Assembly (NCBI GenBank): GCA_964565055.1
Contig: CAZMDC010000011.1
Location: 5,103 to 69,102 of the forward strand
Source of the DNA: an uncultured Polaribacter sp.
GTDB taxonomy: Bacteria; Bacteroidota; Bacteroidia; Flavobacteriales; Flavobacteriaceae
DNA length: 64,000 nucleotides
Reading direction: 5' to 3'
The notes below the pieces were generated by a model. It worked only from the letters and a program-made list of their open reading frames with translations. It did not search any database and had not been told where the DNA came from. This document shows, piece after piece, positions 51,134 through 60,157 of the stretch (the first letter of the stretch is position 1; each line of letters starts with the position of its first letter). A program made the translations under genes and the position numbers.

Positions 51134-51141
51134 TATATTTG
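51134..51141 (+). promoter_or_regulatory. Bacteroidota-type -7 box TATATTTG upstream of crtI, inside an inverted repeat
   Basis: Exact TAnnTTTG match, ending 17 nt before the crtI ATG. It is flanked by TGTTTAA (51119-51125) and TTAAACA (51142-51148). Confidence 0.35.
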
Positions 51142-51158
51142 TTAAACAAATCAACCTA

Positions 51159-52625
51159 ATGAGTAAAAATATATATATAATTGGTTCTGGCTTTTCTTCT
51201 TTAGCAGCTTCATGTTATTTAGCAAAAGAAGGATATACTGTTACTGTTTTAGAAAAAAACAACACACTTGGTGGTAGAGCTAGGCAATATAAAAAAGTTG
51301 GTTTTACCTTTGATCTAGGACCTTCTTGGTATTGGATGCCAGATGTATTTGAACGCTTTTTTGCAGATTTTGGAAAAAAACCTTCAGATTATTATACATT
51401 AGACAAACTAAGTCCAGGTTACGAAGTTTATTTTGGCGAAAATGATTCTATAAAAATTTCTGATAAATTAAGTGAAATTTATGATTTGTTTGAAAAAGAA
51501 GAAAAAGGAAGCTCAAAGCATTTAAAATCTTTTTTAGATTCTGCTAAAGCAAATTATGATACAGCAATTAAAGATTTAGTTTATAAACCTGGAGTATCTC
51601 CATTAGAGCTTGTTAATACAACAACTATAGCAAGAGTTACGCAATTTTTTTCTACAATTAGAAAACAAGTTCGAAAGAATATTAAAAACCAAAAATTAAT
51701 TCAAATTTTAGAGTTTCCTGTATTATTTTTAGGGGCAAAGCCTAGCAATACTCCAGCTTTCTATAACTTTATGAATTATGCCGATTTTGGTTTAGGAACT
51801 TGGCATCCAAGAGGAGGGATGTATAAAGTTATTGAAGGTATGGTTTCTTTAGCTACATCTTTAGGGGTTCATTTTCAGGTAGATGCTAATGTTGAAAAAA
51901 TTGTAACAGATGCAAATAATTCTGTAACAGGTTTAGTTGTAAATAGAGAAGAAATCAAAACAAATTTAGTTTTAAGTGGAGCTGATTATCATCATACAGA
52001 AACACTATTAGATGAAAATTTGAGGCAATATTCAGAGAAATATTGGAGTAAGAAAACCTTTGCACCATCATCTTTATTATTTTACGTAGGTTTTGATAAG
52101 AAAATAGAGAATGCAAGTCATCATACTTTGTTTTTCGATACAGATTTCGATCAACATGCAGAAGAAATTTATGACAATCCTAAATGGCCAACAGCTCCTT
52201 TATTTTATGCAAATTTTACTTCTATGACAGATAAAACATCTGCACCTGAAGGTAAGGAAGCTGGTTTCTTTTTAATACCATTAGCTCCAGGAATTGAAGA
52301 TACAGAGGAATTAAGAGAAACTTATTTTAATAAAATTATTAATAGATTTGAGAAATTAACAAATCAAGAAGTCAGAAAAAATGTTATATTTAAAAAATCT
52401 TTTTGTGTAAAAGATTTTGAAGAGGAATACAATTCTTACAAAGGCAATGCATATGGTATGGCAAATACGTTATTTCAAACTGCTTTTTTAAGACCAAAAA
52501 TTAAAAGTGGTAAAGTAAACAATTTGTACTTTACAGGGCAATTAACTGTTCCTGGTCCTGGAGTACCACCAGCTTTAATTTCTGGTAAAATAGCATCAGA
52601 TTTAATTAAAAAAAATCAACAATAG
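51159..52625 (+). CDS. crtI: Phytoene desaturase
   Basis: FAD/NAD dinucleotide fold (IIGSGFSSLAASCYLAKEGYTVTVLEKNNTLGGRA) and the C-terminal CrtI signature (YFTGQLTVPGPGVPPALISG). Confidence 0.93.
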   Translation: MSKNIYIIGSGFSSLAASCYLAKEGYTVTVLEKNNTLGGRARQYKKVGFTFDLGPSWYWMPDVFERFFADFGKKPSDYYTLDKLSPGYEVYFGENDSIKISDKLSEIYDLFEKEEKGSSKHLKSFLDSAKANYDTAIKDLVYKPGVSPLELVNTTTIARVTQFFSTIRKQVRKNIKNQKLIQILEFPVLFLGAKPSNTPAFYNFMNYADFGLGTWHPRGGMYKVIEGMVSLATSLGVHFQVDANVEKIVTDANNSVTGLVVNREEIKTNLVLSGADYHHTETLLDENLRQYSEKYWSKKTFAPSSLLFYVGFDKKIENASHHTLFFDTDFDQHAEEIYDNPKWPTAPLFYANFTSMTDKTSAPEGKEAGFFLIPLAPGIEDTEELRETYFNKIINRFEKLTNQEVRKNVIFKKSFCVKDFEEEYNSYKGNAYGMANTLFQTAFLRPKIKSGKVNNLYFTGQLTVPGPGVPPALISGKIASDLIKKNQQ

Positions 52626-52626
52626 T

Positions 52627-53469
52627 ATGAAAGAATTATTTGATAGTGTTTCTAATGACTGTAGCAAGTTAGTTACAAAAAGTTACAGTACTTCTTTTTC
52701 TTTGGCTGTAAATATGTTGTCTCCTAAAATTAGAGCAGATATCTATAATATTTACGGCTTTGTTCGCTTCGCAGATGAAATTGTAGATACTTTTCACGAT
52801 TATGATAAAGAGGAATTGATGAGTCATTTTGAGAATGATTATCAACTTTCAAAAAAACAAGGTATAAGTTTAAACCCTATTTTAAATTCATTTCAACATA
52901 CAATTAAGAAATATAAAATACCAGAAGAAATGGTACAGTCTTTCTTAAAAAGTATGAAAGCAGATTTATATAAAACTGAATACGAAACAAAAGAAGAATA
53001 TGATGAATACATTTACGGTTCTGCAGATGTAGTTGGCTTAATGTGTTTAAAAGTTTTTGTAAATGGTGATGAAGCAAAATACAATGAACTTAAAGATGCT
53101 GCAATGCGTTTGGGTTCAGCTTTTCAAAAAGTGAATTTTTTAAGAGATTTAAAAGACGATTTTGAAACTTTAAATAGATCTTATTTTCCAAATATTGATT
53201 TAGGACAACTAGATGCAGCATCAAAACAATTAATTATCGATGAAATTGAAGCAGATTTTGAATATGCATATCATAATGGAATTTTAAAACTACCTGTAGA
53301 AGCTAAATTTGGTGTGTATACAGCATACAGATACTACAGAAAATTACTAAAAAAATTAAATAAAGTACCTTCAACTAAAATAATGGATACAAGAATTAGA
53401 ATTTCTAATCCTATGAAAATAAATCTTTTAGCAAGAAGTTACGTAAAATATAAATTGAATATTATTTAA
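52627..53469 (+). CDS. crtB: Phytoene synthase
   Basis: Squalene/phytoene synthase motifs YGFVRFADEIVD and GSAFQKVNFLRDLKDD. Confidence 0.92.
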   Translation: MKELFDSVSNDCSKLVTKSYSTSFSLAVNMLSPKIRADIYNIYGFVRFADEIVDTFHDYDKEELMSHFENDYQLSKKQGISLNPILNSFQHTIKKYKIPEEMVQSFLKSMKADLYKTEYETKEEYDEYIYGSADVVGLMCLKVFVNGDEAKYNELKDAAMRLGSAFQKVNFLRDLKDDFETLNRSYFPNIDLGQLDAASKQLIIDEIEADFEYAYHNGILKLPVEAKFGVYTAYRYYRKLLKKLNKVPSTKIMDTRIRISNPMKINLLARSYVKYKLNII

Positions 53470-53915
53470 TGGAATTCGCATTAATTACCTTAGGTGTTTT
53501 TTTATTGATGGAAGGTGTAACTTGGTGTACACATAAGTATGTAATGCATGGTTTTGGTTGGTATTTGCATGAAGATCATCACCAACCAAAGTATGATGGT
53601 TTCGAAAAAAATGATGCTTTTTTTGTTGTTTTTGCAATACCTAGCATGTCTCTTTTTTATTTTGGTACGTATACTGAACATACCTATTTGTTTTTTATAG
53701 GTTTGGGTATTTTGTGCTATGGAATAGCTTATTTTTTAGTACACGATGTTTTAATTCACCAACGTTTTAAATGGTTTAAAAATACAAATAATTGGTATTT
53801 AAAAGGATTAAGGAAAGCACATAAAATTCACCATAAAAACATGGGAAAAGAAGATAGCCAATGTTTTGGAATGTTGTTTGTTCCTTTAAAATACTTTCAG
53901 CAATATAAAAAATAA
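53469..53915 (+). CDS. crtZ: Beta-carotene 3-hydroxylase
   Basis: 148 aa with four histidine boxes (HKYVMH, HEDHH, HDVLIH, HKIHH). The start overlaps the crtB stop (TAATG). Confidence 0.9.
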   Translation: MEFALITLGVFLLMEGVTWCTHKYVMHGFGWYLHEDHHQPKYDGFEKNDAFFVVFAIPSMSLFYFGTYTEHTYLFFIGLGILCYGIAYFLVHDVLIHQRFKWFKNTNNWYLKGLRKAHKIHHKNMGKEDSQCFGMLFVPLKYFQQYKK

Positions 53916-53952
53916 CTAGTTTTACTTACCTTAAATTTTAACTCATTTCTAA

Positions 53953-55101
53953 TTGAAATCATCCAAAACAAATTACGATTTTATAATTGTTGGTGGTGGT
54001 GCATCTGGTTTAATGATGGCTTACAGAATGAGTATGGATTCTTATTTTGATGATAAATCAATCTTAATTTTAGATAAAGAAAAAAAATCTTCTAACGATA
54101 GAACTTGGTGTTATTGGCAAAACAATGATGATGAATGGCAAGATGTTGTTCATAAATCATGGCAAAGTATTATTTTTAAAAGTGATTTGTATTCTGCTAA
54201 AAAAAATATTACTCCTTACCAATATAAAATGATACTGAGCAAAGATTTTTATGATAAAATCTGGAATCATTTAGAAAAACAATCCAATATAAATTTTAAA
54301 AAGACTGTTGTAGAAAATATAACACAACTAGAAGAAACTGCAGAAGTTATAACTAAAGAAGAAACATTTATATCTAAAACAGTTTTTAATAGTATTTTAT
54401 TCTCGAAAGAATATCAAAATCAGTTAAAATATCCATATTTACAACAGCATTTTGTAGGCTTTTTTATAAAAACAAAAACAGATGTTTTTGACGATTCTAC
54501 TGCAACTTTTATGGATTTTTCTGTTGCTCAAAAAGGAAACACGCGTTTTATGTATGTGCTACCTTATGCTAAAAATGAAGCTTTATTTGAATACACCTTG
54601 TTTTCTCAAGATTTGTTAGCTTATGATGAATATAAAAGAGAAATTGAGAAATATTTAGCTGATAAGAATATTAACGATTACGAAATTACAGCAAAAGAAC
54701 AAGGCTCAATACCAATGACGAGTTTTAAATTTTGGAAAAATAACTCAAAAAATATAATACATATTGGTACTGCAGGTGGTTGGAGCAAAGCAAGTACAGG
54801 TTTTACGTTTAAAAATACTACAAAAAAAACTGCTGAATTAGTTTCGTATGTTAAGCAAAATAAACCTTTAAAAAAGTTTCATAAAATTGATAAGTATTGG
54901 CTTTATGATTTATTATTATTAGATATACTTTCTGAAAAAAATCATTTAGGAGCTTCAATTTTTGCAAAGTTGTTTCAAAAAAATAAAACAAATAAAATAT
55001 TAAAATTTTTAGACGAAGAAACAACGTTTGTTGAAGAAGTTACTATTTTTTCTAAAATGCAGATAGGCTTATTTTCCAAAGCGCTCATAAAAAGAGTATA
55101 G
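53953..55101 (+). CDS. crtY: Lycopene beta-cyclase
   Basis: N-terminal FAD fold DFIIVGGGASGL, ~380 aa, in crt cluster context. TTG start. Confidence 0.85.
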   Translation: MKSSKTNYDFIIVGGGASGLMMAYRMSMDSYFDDKSILILDKEKKSSNDRTWCYWQNNDDEWQDVVHKSWQSIIFKSDLYSAKKNITPYQYKMILSKDFYDKIWNHLEKQSNINFKKTVVENITQLEETAEVITKEETFISKTVFNSILFSKEYQNQLKYPYLQQHFVGFFIKTKTDVFDDSTATFMDFSVAQKGNTRFMYVLPYAKNEALFEYTLFSQDLLAYDEYKREIEKYLADKNINDYEITAKEQGSIPMTSFKFWKNNSKNIIHIGTAGGWSKASTGFTFKNTTKKTAELVSYVKQNKPLKKFHKIDKYWLYDLLLLDILSEKNHLGASIFAKLFQKNKTNKILKFLDEETTFVEEVTIFSKMQIGLFSKALIKRV

Positions 55102-55201
55102 ATTATTCTTATGTTTTTATTTAAATATTTATAATAGAATTACTTTAAAAGTGATGAGTTAAGAGTATTTTTGCAAAAAATTAAACCTTTCATTAGTCAA
55201 C

Positions 55202-55987
55202 ATGAAAAACATAAAAATTACATTACTCCTCTTAGTTTTTTTCTTCTTTTCTTGTGACAATATTTTTGAATATACTGTTTATGAAGCAGGTGTTGAAGAA
55301 GAGCAAAAAAATACTACTGCTAAAAACCTAGAACTTTTAGAAAATGTAGTTAACACTTCGAGTAATTTTAAATTCGCATTCCTTTCAGACTCACATTATT
55401 TTTACGATGAGCTAAGAGCTGTTGTAGAAGATATTAATAAAAATGATGAAATTTTATTTGTAGTTTTTGGTGGTGATATTACTGAGCAAGCATTACTTAA
55501 AGAGTATGAAATTTTTTATAATATAATTTCAAACCTAGAAAAACCTTACTTAACAGTAATTGGAAATCACGATTATAACTCAAATGGAAATTTAATTTAT
55601 TCAAGAATGTTTGGTGATTACAATTATACGTTTGAATTTGCTAACAACAAATTTATTTTGTTTGATGATATTGTTTGGGAAAGTAAAAAAACACCAGATT
55701 TTGCTTGGTTAGAAACAGAATTACAAAACAACACTTCATTTGATAACGTTTTTGTCTTTGCTCATATTCCTCCTTTTGGAGATCAATTTACAACTGAACT
55801 TAAAGAAAGATACGAAGGTTTAATGACGCAATATAATGTGCCTTTATCACTTCATGGTCATACACACAGTTACAAGTACAATCAAGGTGCTGTAAGTTAT
55901 TTTACAGTTCCATCTTTAAAGGAAATGGCATATGGCATTGTAGCTGTAGAAAACGACACATTTACAGTTGAATTAATAGAACTATAA
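55202..55987 (+). CDS. Secreted/lipoprotein metallophosphoesterase
   Basis: Calcineurin-like motifs DSH (FLSDSHY), GDITE, GNHDY, HIPP and GHTHS. The signal peptide has a Cys (FFFSC). Confidence 0.85.
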   Translation: MKNIKITLLLLVFFFFSCDNIFEYTVYEAGVEEEQKNTTAKNLELLENVVNTSSNFKFAFLSDSHYFYDELRAVVEDINKNDEILFVVFGGDITEQALLKEYEIFYNIISNLEKPYLTVIGNHDYNSNGNLIYSRMFGDYNYTFEFANNKFILFDDIVWESKKTPDFAWLETELQNNTSFDNVFVFAHIPPFGDQFTTELKERYEGLMTQYNVPLSLHGHTHSYKYNQGAVSYFTVPSLKEMAYGIVAVENDTFTVELIEL

Positions 55988-55992
55988 GTATT

Positions 55993-56589
55993 TTGAAAAT
56001 AAAAGAGCTCTTTATCACTATATGTGTATTGTTTATTTCTATAAATTCAATTGCACAAGAATTAGAATTAAAAAATAAAAAATCTTGGTATGTCCCAGAT
56101 TATGCTTCTGTACAACTAGCAGGAAACATTGGTTTATTTTCAGTTGGTGCTGGTTACGAAATATTTGATGATGTTTGGTATGCTGAGTTGCTCTATGGTT
56201 ATGCACCTAGATCTATAACAGAAGCTGAATCTAATCATTTAATTACTATAAAAAATACATTTCCAATTTTTACAAAAGAATTGCGTAATTCTTTCTCAAT
56301 ATCACCAATTGCAGGTTTGGCAATTACTTACGATGCTGGTAATAATACTTTTACTTCTTTACCAGGTCAATTTCCTAAGGGGTACTATATTTCTAATGCA
56401 ATACACTTAACCATTTTTGGAGGGTTTAAAGTGCATAAAGATTTTAAAAATGATAAAATTTTTAAAGGAATAGATATGTATTATGAACTAGGTACTGTAG
56501 AATCTTACTTATGGTATGCTATTACTTCTAGTGAGTTTTCTTTGAGTGATGCTTTTAGTTCTGCTATTGGAGTAAATATTTACTTTTAA
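55993..56589 (+). CDS. Hypothetical small outer-membrane beta-barrel-like protein
   Basis: Signal peptide (SINSIAQE), alternating aromatic/Gly beta-strand pattern and a C-terminal GVNIYF. It starts 5 nt after the phosphoesterase gene. TTG start. Confidence 0.45.
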   Translation: MKIKELFITICVLFISINSIAQELELKNKKSWYVPDYASVQLAGNIGLFSVGAGYEIFDDVWYAELLYGYAPRSITEAESNHLITIKNTFPIFTKELRNSFSISPIAGLAITYDAGNNTFTSLPGQFPKGYYISNAIHLTIFGGFKVHKDFKNDKIFKGIDMYYELGTVESYLWYAITSSEFSLSDAFSSAIGVNIYF

Positions 56590-56715
56590 ACTATTATCTT
56601 GTTTTTTACTTTTTTTAGTTGGATTTTTCTTTGGATGATTATCTCAAGAAATTCTCTATAAATAATAGTAATTATACACTTTTCTTTATTTAAAATACTC
56701 TAAGCATAAAGAAAT

Positions 56716-56745
56716 ACAATTCAGCTTTAAAAAATTACAGTTCAG
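56716..56745 (+). promoter_or_regulatory. Putative LytTR response-regulator binding site: two 9-bp direct repeats with a 12-bp spacer
   Basis: ACAATTCAG (56716-56724), then 12 nt, then ACAGTTCAG (56737-56745). The second repeat fits the AgrA-type LytTR consensus [TA][AC][CA]GTTN[AG][TG] exactly and the first has one mismatch. The site lies 72-101 nt upstream of the first gene of the LytTR-containing operon. Confidence 0.55.
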
Positions 56746-56816
56746 TATACTTTGTTTTTAAAAACTTGATTTGCAGTGCATCTTTGTACCATAATTAATC
56801 AATAAACAATAGTATT

Positions 56817-57230
56817 ATGAAAATTTTAGTAACACTTTTAGTAACAGCAGCTTTATTTTTATCAACAACAATAACAGCTCAAACAAAAACAATAACAGTA
56901 ACAATTGAAAACATTACTTCAGACAAAGGTAAGGTAGGGTATGCTTTATATAATAAAGATAACTTTATGAAAAAACCAATCATGGGAAAAGAGTCTACAA
57001 TTAAAAATGGAAAAACAACTGTAGTTTTCGAAAATATTTTACCAGGCGAATATGCAATTACTTGTTACCATGATAAAAATAATAATGATAGAATGGATTT
57101 TGCAGCAAATGGTATGCCTTTAGAAGATTATGGTGCTTCTAACAATAATATGAGTTTTGGTCCTCCAAATTATAATGATGCAAAGTTTGTAGTTGCTGAT
57201 AAAAATGTATCTTTAAATATCAAATTTTAG
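56817..57230 (+). CDS. DUF2141-like secreted beta-sandwich protein
   Basis: Signal peptide, then ITVTIENITSDKGKVGYALYNKDNF...DKNNNDRMDFAANGMPLEDYGASNN, which is characteristic of DUF2141 (from memory). Confidence 0.6.
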   Translation: MKILVTLLVTAALFLSTTITAQTKTITVTIENITSDKGKVGYALYNKDNFMKKPIMGKESTIKNGKTTVVFENILPGEYAITCYHDKNNNDRMDFAANGMPLEDYGASNNNMSFGPPNYNDAKFVVADKNVSLNIKF

Positions 57231-57248
57231 AAAATAGCAGTTAAAATT

Positions 57249-58610
57249 ATGAATACAAAAAGTAGATTATTAAGTAGCGATGTTAAAGAAGGTATCATAA
57301 TAAGTTTAAAAATAACATTAATTTTTACTGTCTTATTTACTTTACTTAATCAAAACTTTTCTTTAATAGACATAAGTTACACGTTCCTTATATCTGCTAT
57401 GTATTCATTTGGTTTAGGTTTTGCTCAAGGTATAATTAATGATTTTTTAAGCAAAAAATGGTCTTGGGTTACAGAAACAAATACAAGAGTTTGGGTAGGA
57501 ATTATTTCTACAGTTTTGTATACTATACCTATAGTTTTGCTAATAAATTATGTTAGTTATATTTTAATTTCAAATAACAATCCAGAACAATTTTTTAGTC
57601 AAGATTTTCTTTTAATTCATACATTTTATATTGTAATTTCATTTGGAGTTTCTGCTTTTTTACACGCTAGAAGTTTTATGATTGCTTGGAAAAACTCTGT
57701 AAAACAAGAAAGTACAAAGCAACAAATAGTAGCTAAAACAGAAACTGCAAAATTTGAATCTTTAAAAAATCAACTAGATCCACATTTTTTATTTAATAGT
57801 TTAAATGTGTTAACAAGTTTAATTGGTGAAAACCCAAATCAGGCAGAAAAATTTACAACTAAATTATCTAAAGTATATAGATATGTTTTAGAGCAAAGAA
57901 ATAAAGACTTAGTACCTATTTCTGAAGAATTAAATTTCGCAAAAATTTATATGCAATTATTATCTATGCGATTTGAAGATGCTATACAATTTAACATTCC
58001 AGATTCAGTATCAGATAGTGAACTTAAAATGGTGCCACTTTCTTTACAATTATTATTAGAAAATGCAGTAAAACACAACGTAGTTTCATCAACTAGACCA
58101 TTAACAATAGCTATTTACGAAGAAAACAATCATTTAATTATAGAAAACAATGTCAACCCAAAAGAAGCTATTGGGAAAAGCACCAAAGTAGGTTTGCAGA
58201 ATATTGCAGATAGGTATGGTTTAATTACAAATAAACCTGTAAAAATAGAAAACAATAACACAACATTTAGAGTGAGTTTACCACTCTTATATAAAATGAA
58301 CAATATTATGTACACTAACGATTTAGAAAATAGCAAATATGTTAAGGCAGTAGAAAGAGTAGAAAAATTAAAAGAATTTTATCAAAATTTAGTTTCTTAC
58401 TGTTTAGTAATTCCATTTTTAATATTCATCAATTTAAAATTTTCACCAGGTTTTTACTGGTTTTGGTTTCCAATATTTGGTTGGGGAATAGGTTTAGTTT
58501 TTCATTTTTTAGAAGTAAATAACTACAATATTTTCTTAGGAAGAAATTGGGAAGACAGAAAAATTAAAGAATTAATGGATAAAGAAAATCAAAATAAAAG
58601 ACTACGATAA
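57249..58610 (+). CDS. LytS/YehU-type sensor histidine kinase with a fused C-terminal 2TM module
   Basis: Four N-terminal TM helices, a His_kinase motif (LDPHFLFNSLN), an HATPase N-box (LLLENAVKHN) and a G-box (GLQNIADRY). The last ~95 aa (KYVKAVERVEKLKEFYQNL...FYWFWFPIFGWGIGLVFHFL...NWEDRKIKELM) repeat the module seen in the next four ORFs. Confidence 0.88.
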   Translation: MNTKSRLLSSDVKEGIIISLKITLIFTVLFTLLNQNFSLIDISYTFLISAMYSFGLGFAQGIINDFLSKKWSWVTETNTRVWVGIISTVLYTIPIVLLINYVSYILISNNNPEQFFSQDFLLIHTFYIVISFGVSAFLHARSFMIAWKNSVKQESTKQQIVAKTETAKFESLKNQLDPHFLFNSLNVLTSLIGENPNQAEKFTTKLSKVYRYVLEQRNKDLVPISEELNFAKIYMQLLSMRFEDAIQFNIPDSVSDSELKMVPLSLQLLLENAVKHNVVSSTRPLTIAIYEENNHLIIENNVNPKEAIGKSTKVGLQNIADRYGLITNKPVKIENNNTTFRVSLPLLYKMNNIMYTNDLENSKYVKAVERVEKLKEFYQNLVSYCLVIPFLIFINLKFSPGFYWFWFPIFGWGIGLVFHFLEVNNYNIFLGRNWEDRKIKELMDKENQNKRLR

Positions 58611-58933
58611 TGGAACACAAAATATCAGAAGAAAAAAAATATATTTTAGCTCGAAAACGAGTTGAGAAAATAAGTAAGTTTTACAAGCATTTAGCTGTTT
58701 ACCTTATTGTTAACTGTTTCTTAAGTGCAATTTTTATTGCAGGTGATATTAATGATGGAGATACTTTTAATGAGGCTTTTTTTAATTATCATAATTATAA
58801 AATATGGTTATTTTGGGGAATAGGAATATTTTTTCAAGCATTAAATACTTTCGGAATTCGTTTGTTTTTAAACAAAGATTGGGAAGAAAGAAAGATTCAA
58901 CAATATTTAGACGAACAGAATAATAAGTTTTAA
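58610..58933 (+). CDS. 2TM-module small membrane protein (long-loop class)
   Basis: KRVEKISKFYKHLAVY...GDINDGDTFNEAFFNY...WLFWGIGIFF...DWEERKIQQYL. The start overlaps the kinase stop (TAATG). Confidence 0.8.
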   Translation: MEHKISEEKKYILARKRVEKISKFYKHLAVYLIVNCFLSAIFIAGDINDGDTFNEAFFNYHNYKIWLFWGIGIFFQALNTFGIRLFLNKDWEERKIQQYLDEQNNKF

Positions 58934-58934
58934 A

Positions 58935-59222
58935 ATGAATTCAACTATTAATAATCAACAACGTTTTTTAAAAGCTCAAAAAGCTGTAAAAGAAATGAAA
59001 GGGTTTTACACGCATTTGTTTATTTATTGTATAATAATTCCTATTATTATTTATATAAACCTAACATATGTTCCTGAATTTCATTGGTTTTGGTTTTCTC
59101 TTTTAGGCTGGGGTATGGGTTTGTTTTTTCATTGGCTTAATGTTTTTGGGTTTAATTTATTAGGTTTTGGAAAACGATGGGAAGAAAAAAAGATTCAAGA
59201 ATTTATGAATAAAAATCAATAA
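58935..59222 (+). CDS. 2TM-module small membrane protein (short-loop class)
   Basis: KAVKEMKGFYTHLFIY...INLTYVPEFHWFWFSLLGWGMGLFFHWLNVFGF...RWEEKKIQEFM. 1-nt gap to the upstream gene. Confidence 0.8.
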   Translation: MNSTINNQQRFLKAQKAVKEMKGFYTHLFIYCIIIPIIIYINLTYVPEFHWFWFSLLGWGMGLFFHWLNVFGFNLLGFGKRWEEKKIQEFMNKNQ

Positions 59223-59228
59223 TTAAAA

Positions 59229-59804
59229 ATGGAAGATATTTTAAACTTTTTGGCAGAAAAAAAAATAAAAGATATTAAAGGTTTTTACACACATCTATTT
59301 GCTACTTTTTTGATATTACCTTTTATTATATTTATTAATCTACAAACAGTTCCTCAATTCGAGTGGTATTGGTATGCAATAATAGCTTGGTTTTTAGGAC
59401 TAATAGTACATTGGGTATCTGTTTTTACTTTTTCTAATCTTGGAGCAAAACAAAATTGGGAAAATCAAAAAATTTTTGACTCAAAGCATAATAAAATCAA
59501 TTTAGAAAAGAAGCCTGTTGATGACGAATATATCCAAGAGAAAAGTTATTTAAAAGCCAAAAAAGAAGCTCAAGAAATAAAAGGTTTTTATGTTCATTTA
59601 TTTGTGCATCTATTTTCATTCCCATTAATTGTGTTTGTAAATTTAAAATTTGTACCCGAATTTCATTTTTTTTGGTTTGCTTTGGGAGGTATGATTATCG
59701 CTCTATTTTTTCATTGGTTAGGAGTTTTTGGGTTTAATATCTTAGGCTTTGGAAAAGAATGGGAAAATAGAAAAAGAGAAGAAATAATTAAAAAATATAA
59801 ATAA
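59229..59804 (+). CDS. Double 2TM-module membrane protein (two short-loop copies in one ORF)
   Basis: The N-terminal copy is KDIKGFYTHLF...INLQTVPQFEWYWYAIIAWFLGLIVHW...NWENQKI. The C-terminal copy is QEIKGFYVHLF...VNLKFVPEFHFFWFALGG...FFHWLGVFGFN...EWENRKREE. Confidence 0.8.
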   Translation: MEDILNFLAEKKIKDIKGFYTHLFATFLILPFIIFINLQTVPQFEWYWYAIIAWFLGLIVHWVSVFTFSNLGAKQNWENQKIFDSKHNKINLEKKPVDDEYIQEKSYLKAKKEAQEIKGFYVHLFVHLFSFPLIVFVNLKFVPEFHFFWFALGGMIIALFFHWLGVFGFNILGFGKEWENRKREEIIKKYK

Positions 59805-59805
59805 A

Positions 59806-60153
59806 ATGGAACAAGATTTTACACAACAACAAAACTATATAAGAGCAAAAAAAAGAGTAAAAGATATTAAAGGATTTTATGTTCATTTTACTGTATATAT
59901 CATTATAAATATATTTATAAGTGGTGTAATTATTTATGGCTTAATGTCTAGTGGAGACTCGTTTTTAGACGCAATCCAGAATTTTGGTACAATTTCTACT
60001 TGGATTTTTTGGGGTATAGGAATAATTTTTCATTGGCTAGGAGTTTTTGGGTTTAAGTCCATAGGATTTGGAAAAGATTGGGAAGAAAGAAAAATTAGAG
60101 AAATGATGGATAAAGAAGACGAAATGAGTAATAAGTTGAATAGAAGAAATTAA
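59806..60153 (+). CDS. 2TM-module small membrane protein (long-loop class)
   Basis: KRVKDIKGFYVHFTVY...SSGDSFLDAIQNF...WIFWGIGIIFHWLGVFGF...DWEERKIREMM. 1-nt gap to the upstream gene. Confidence 0.8.
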   Translation: MEQDFTQQQNYIRAKKRVKDIKGFYVHFTVYIIINIFISGVIIYGLMSSGDSFLDAIQNFGTISTWIFWGIGIIFHWLGVFGFKSIGFGKDWEERKIREMMDKEDEMSNKLNRRN

Positions 60154-60157
60154 AATA

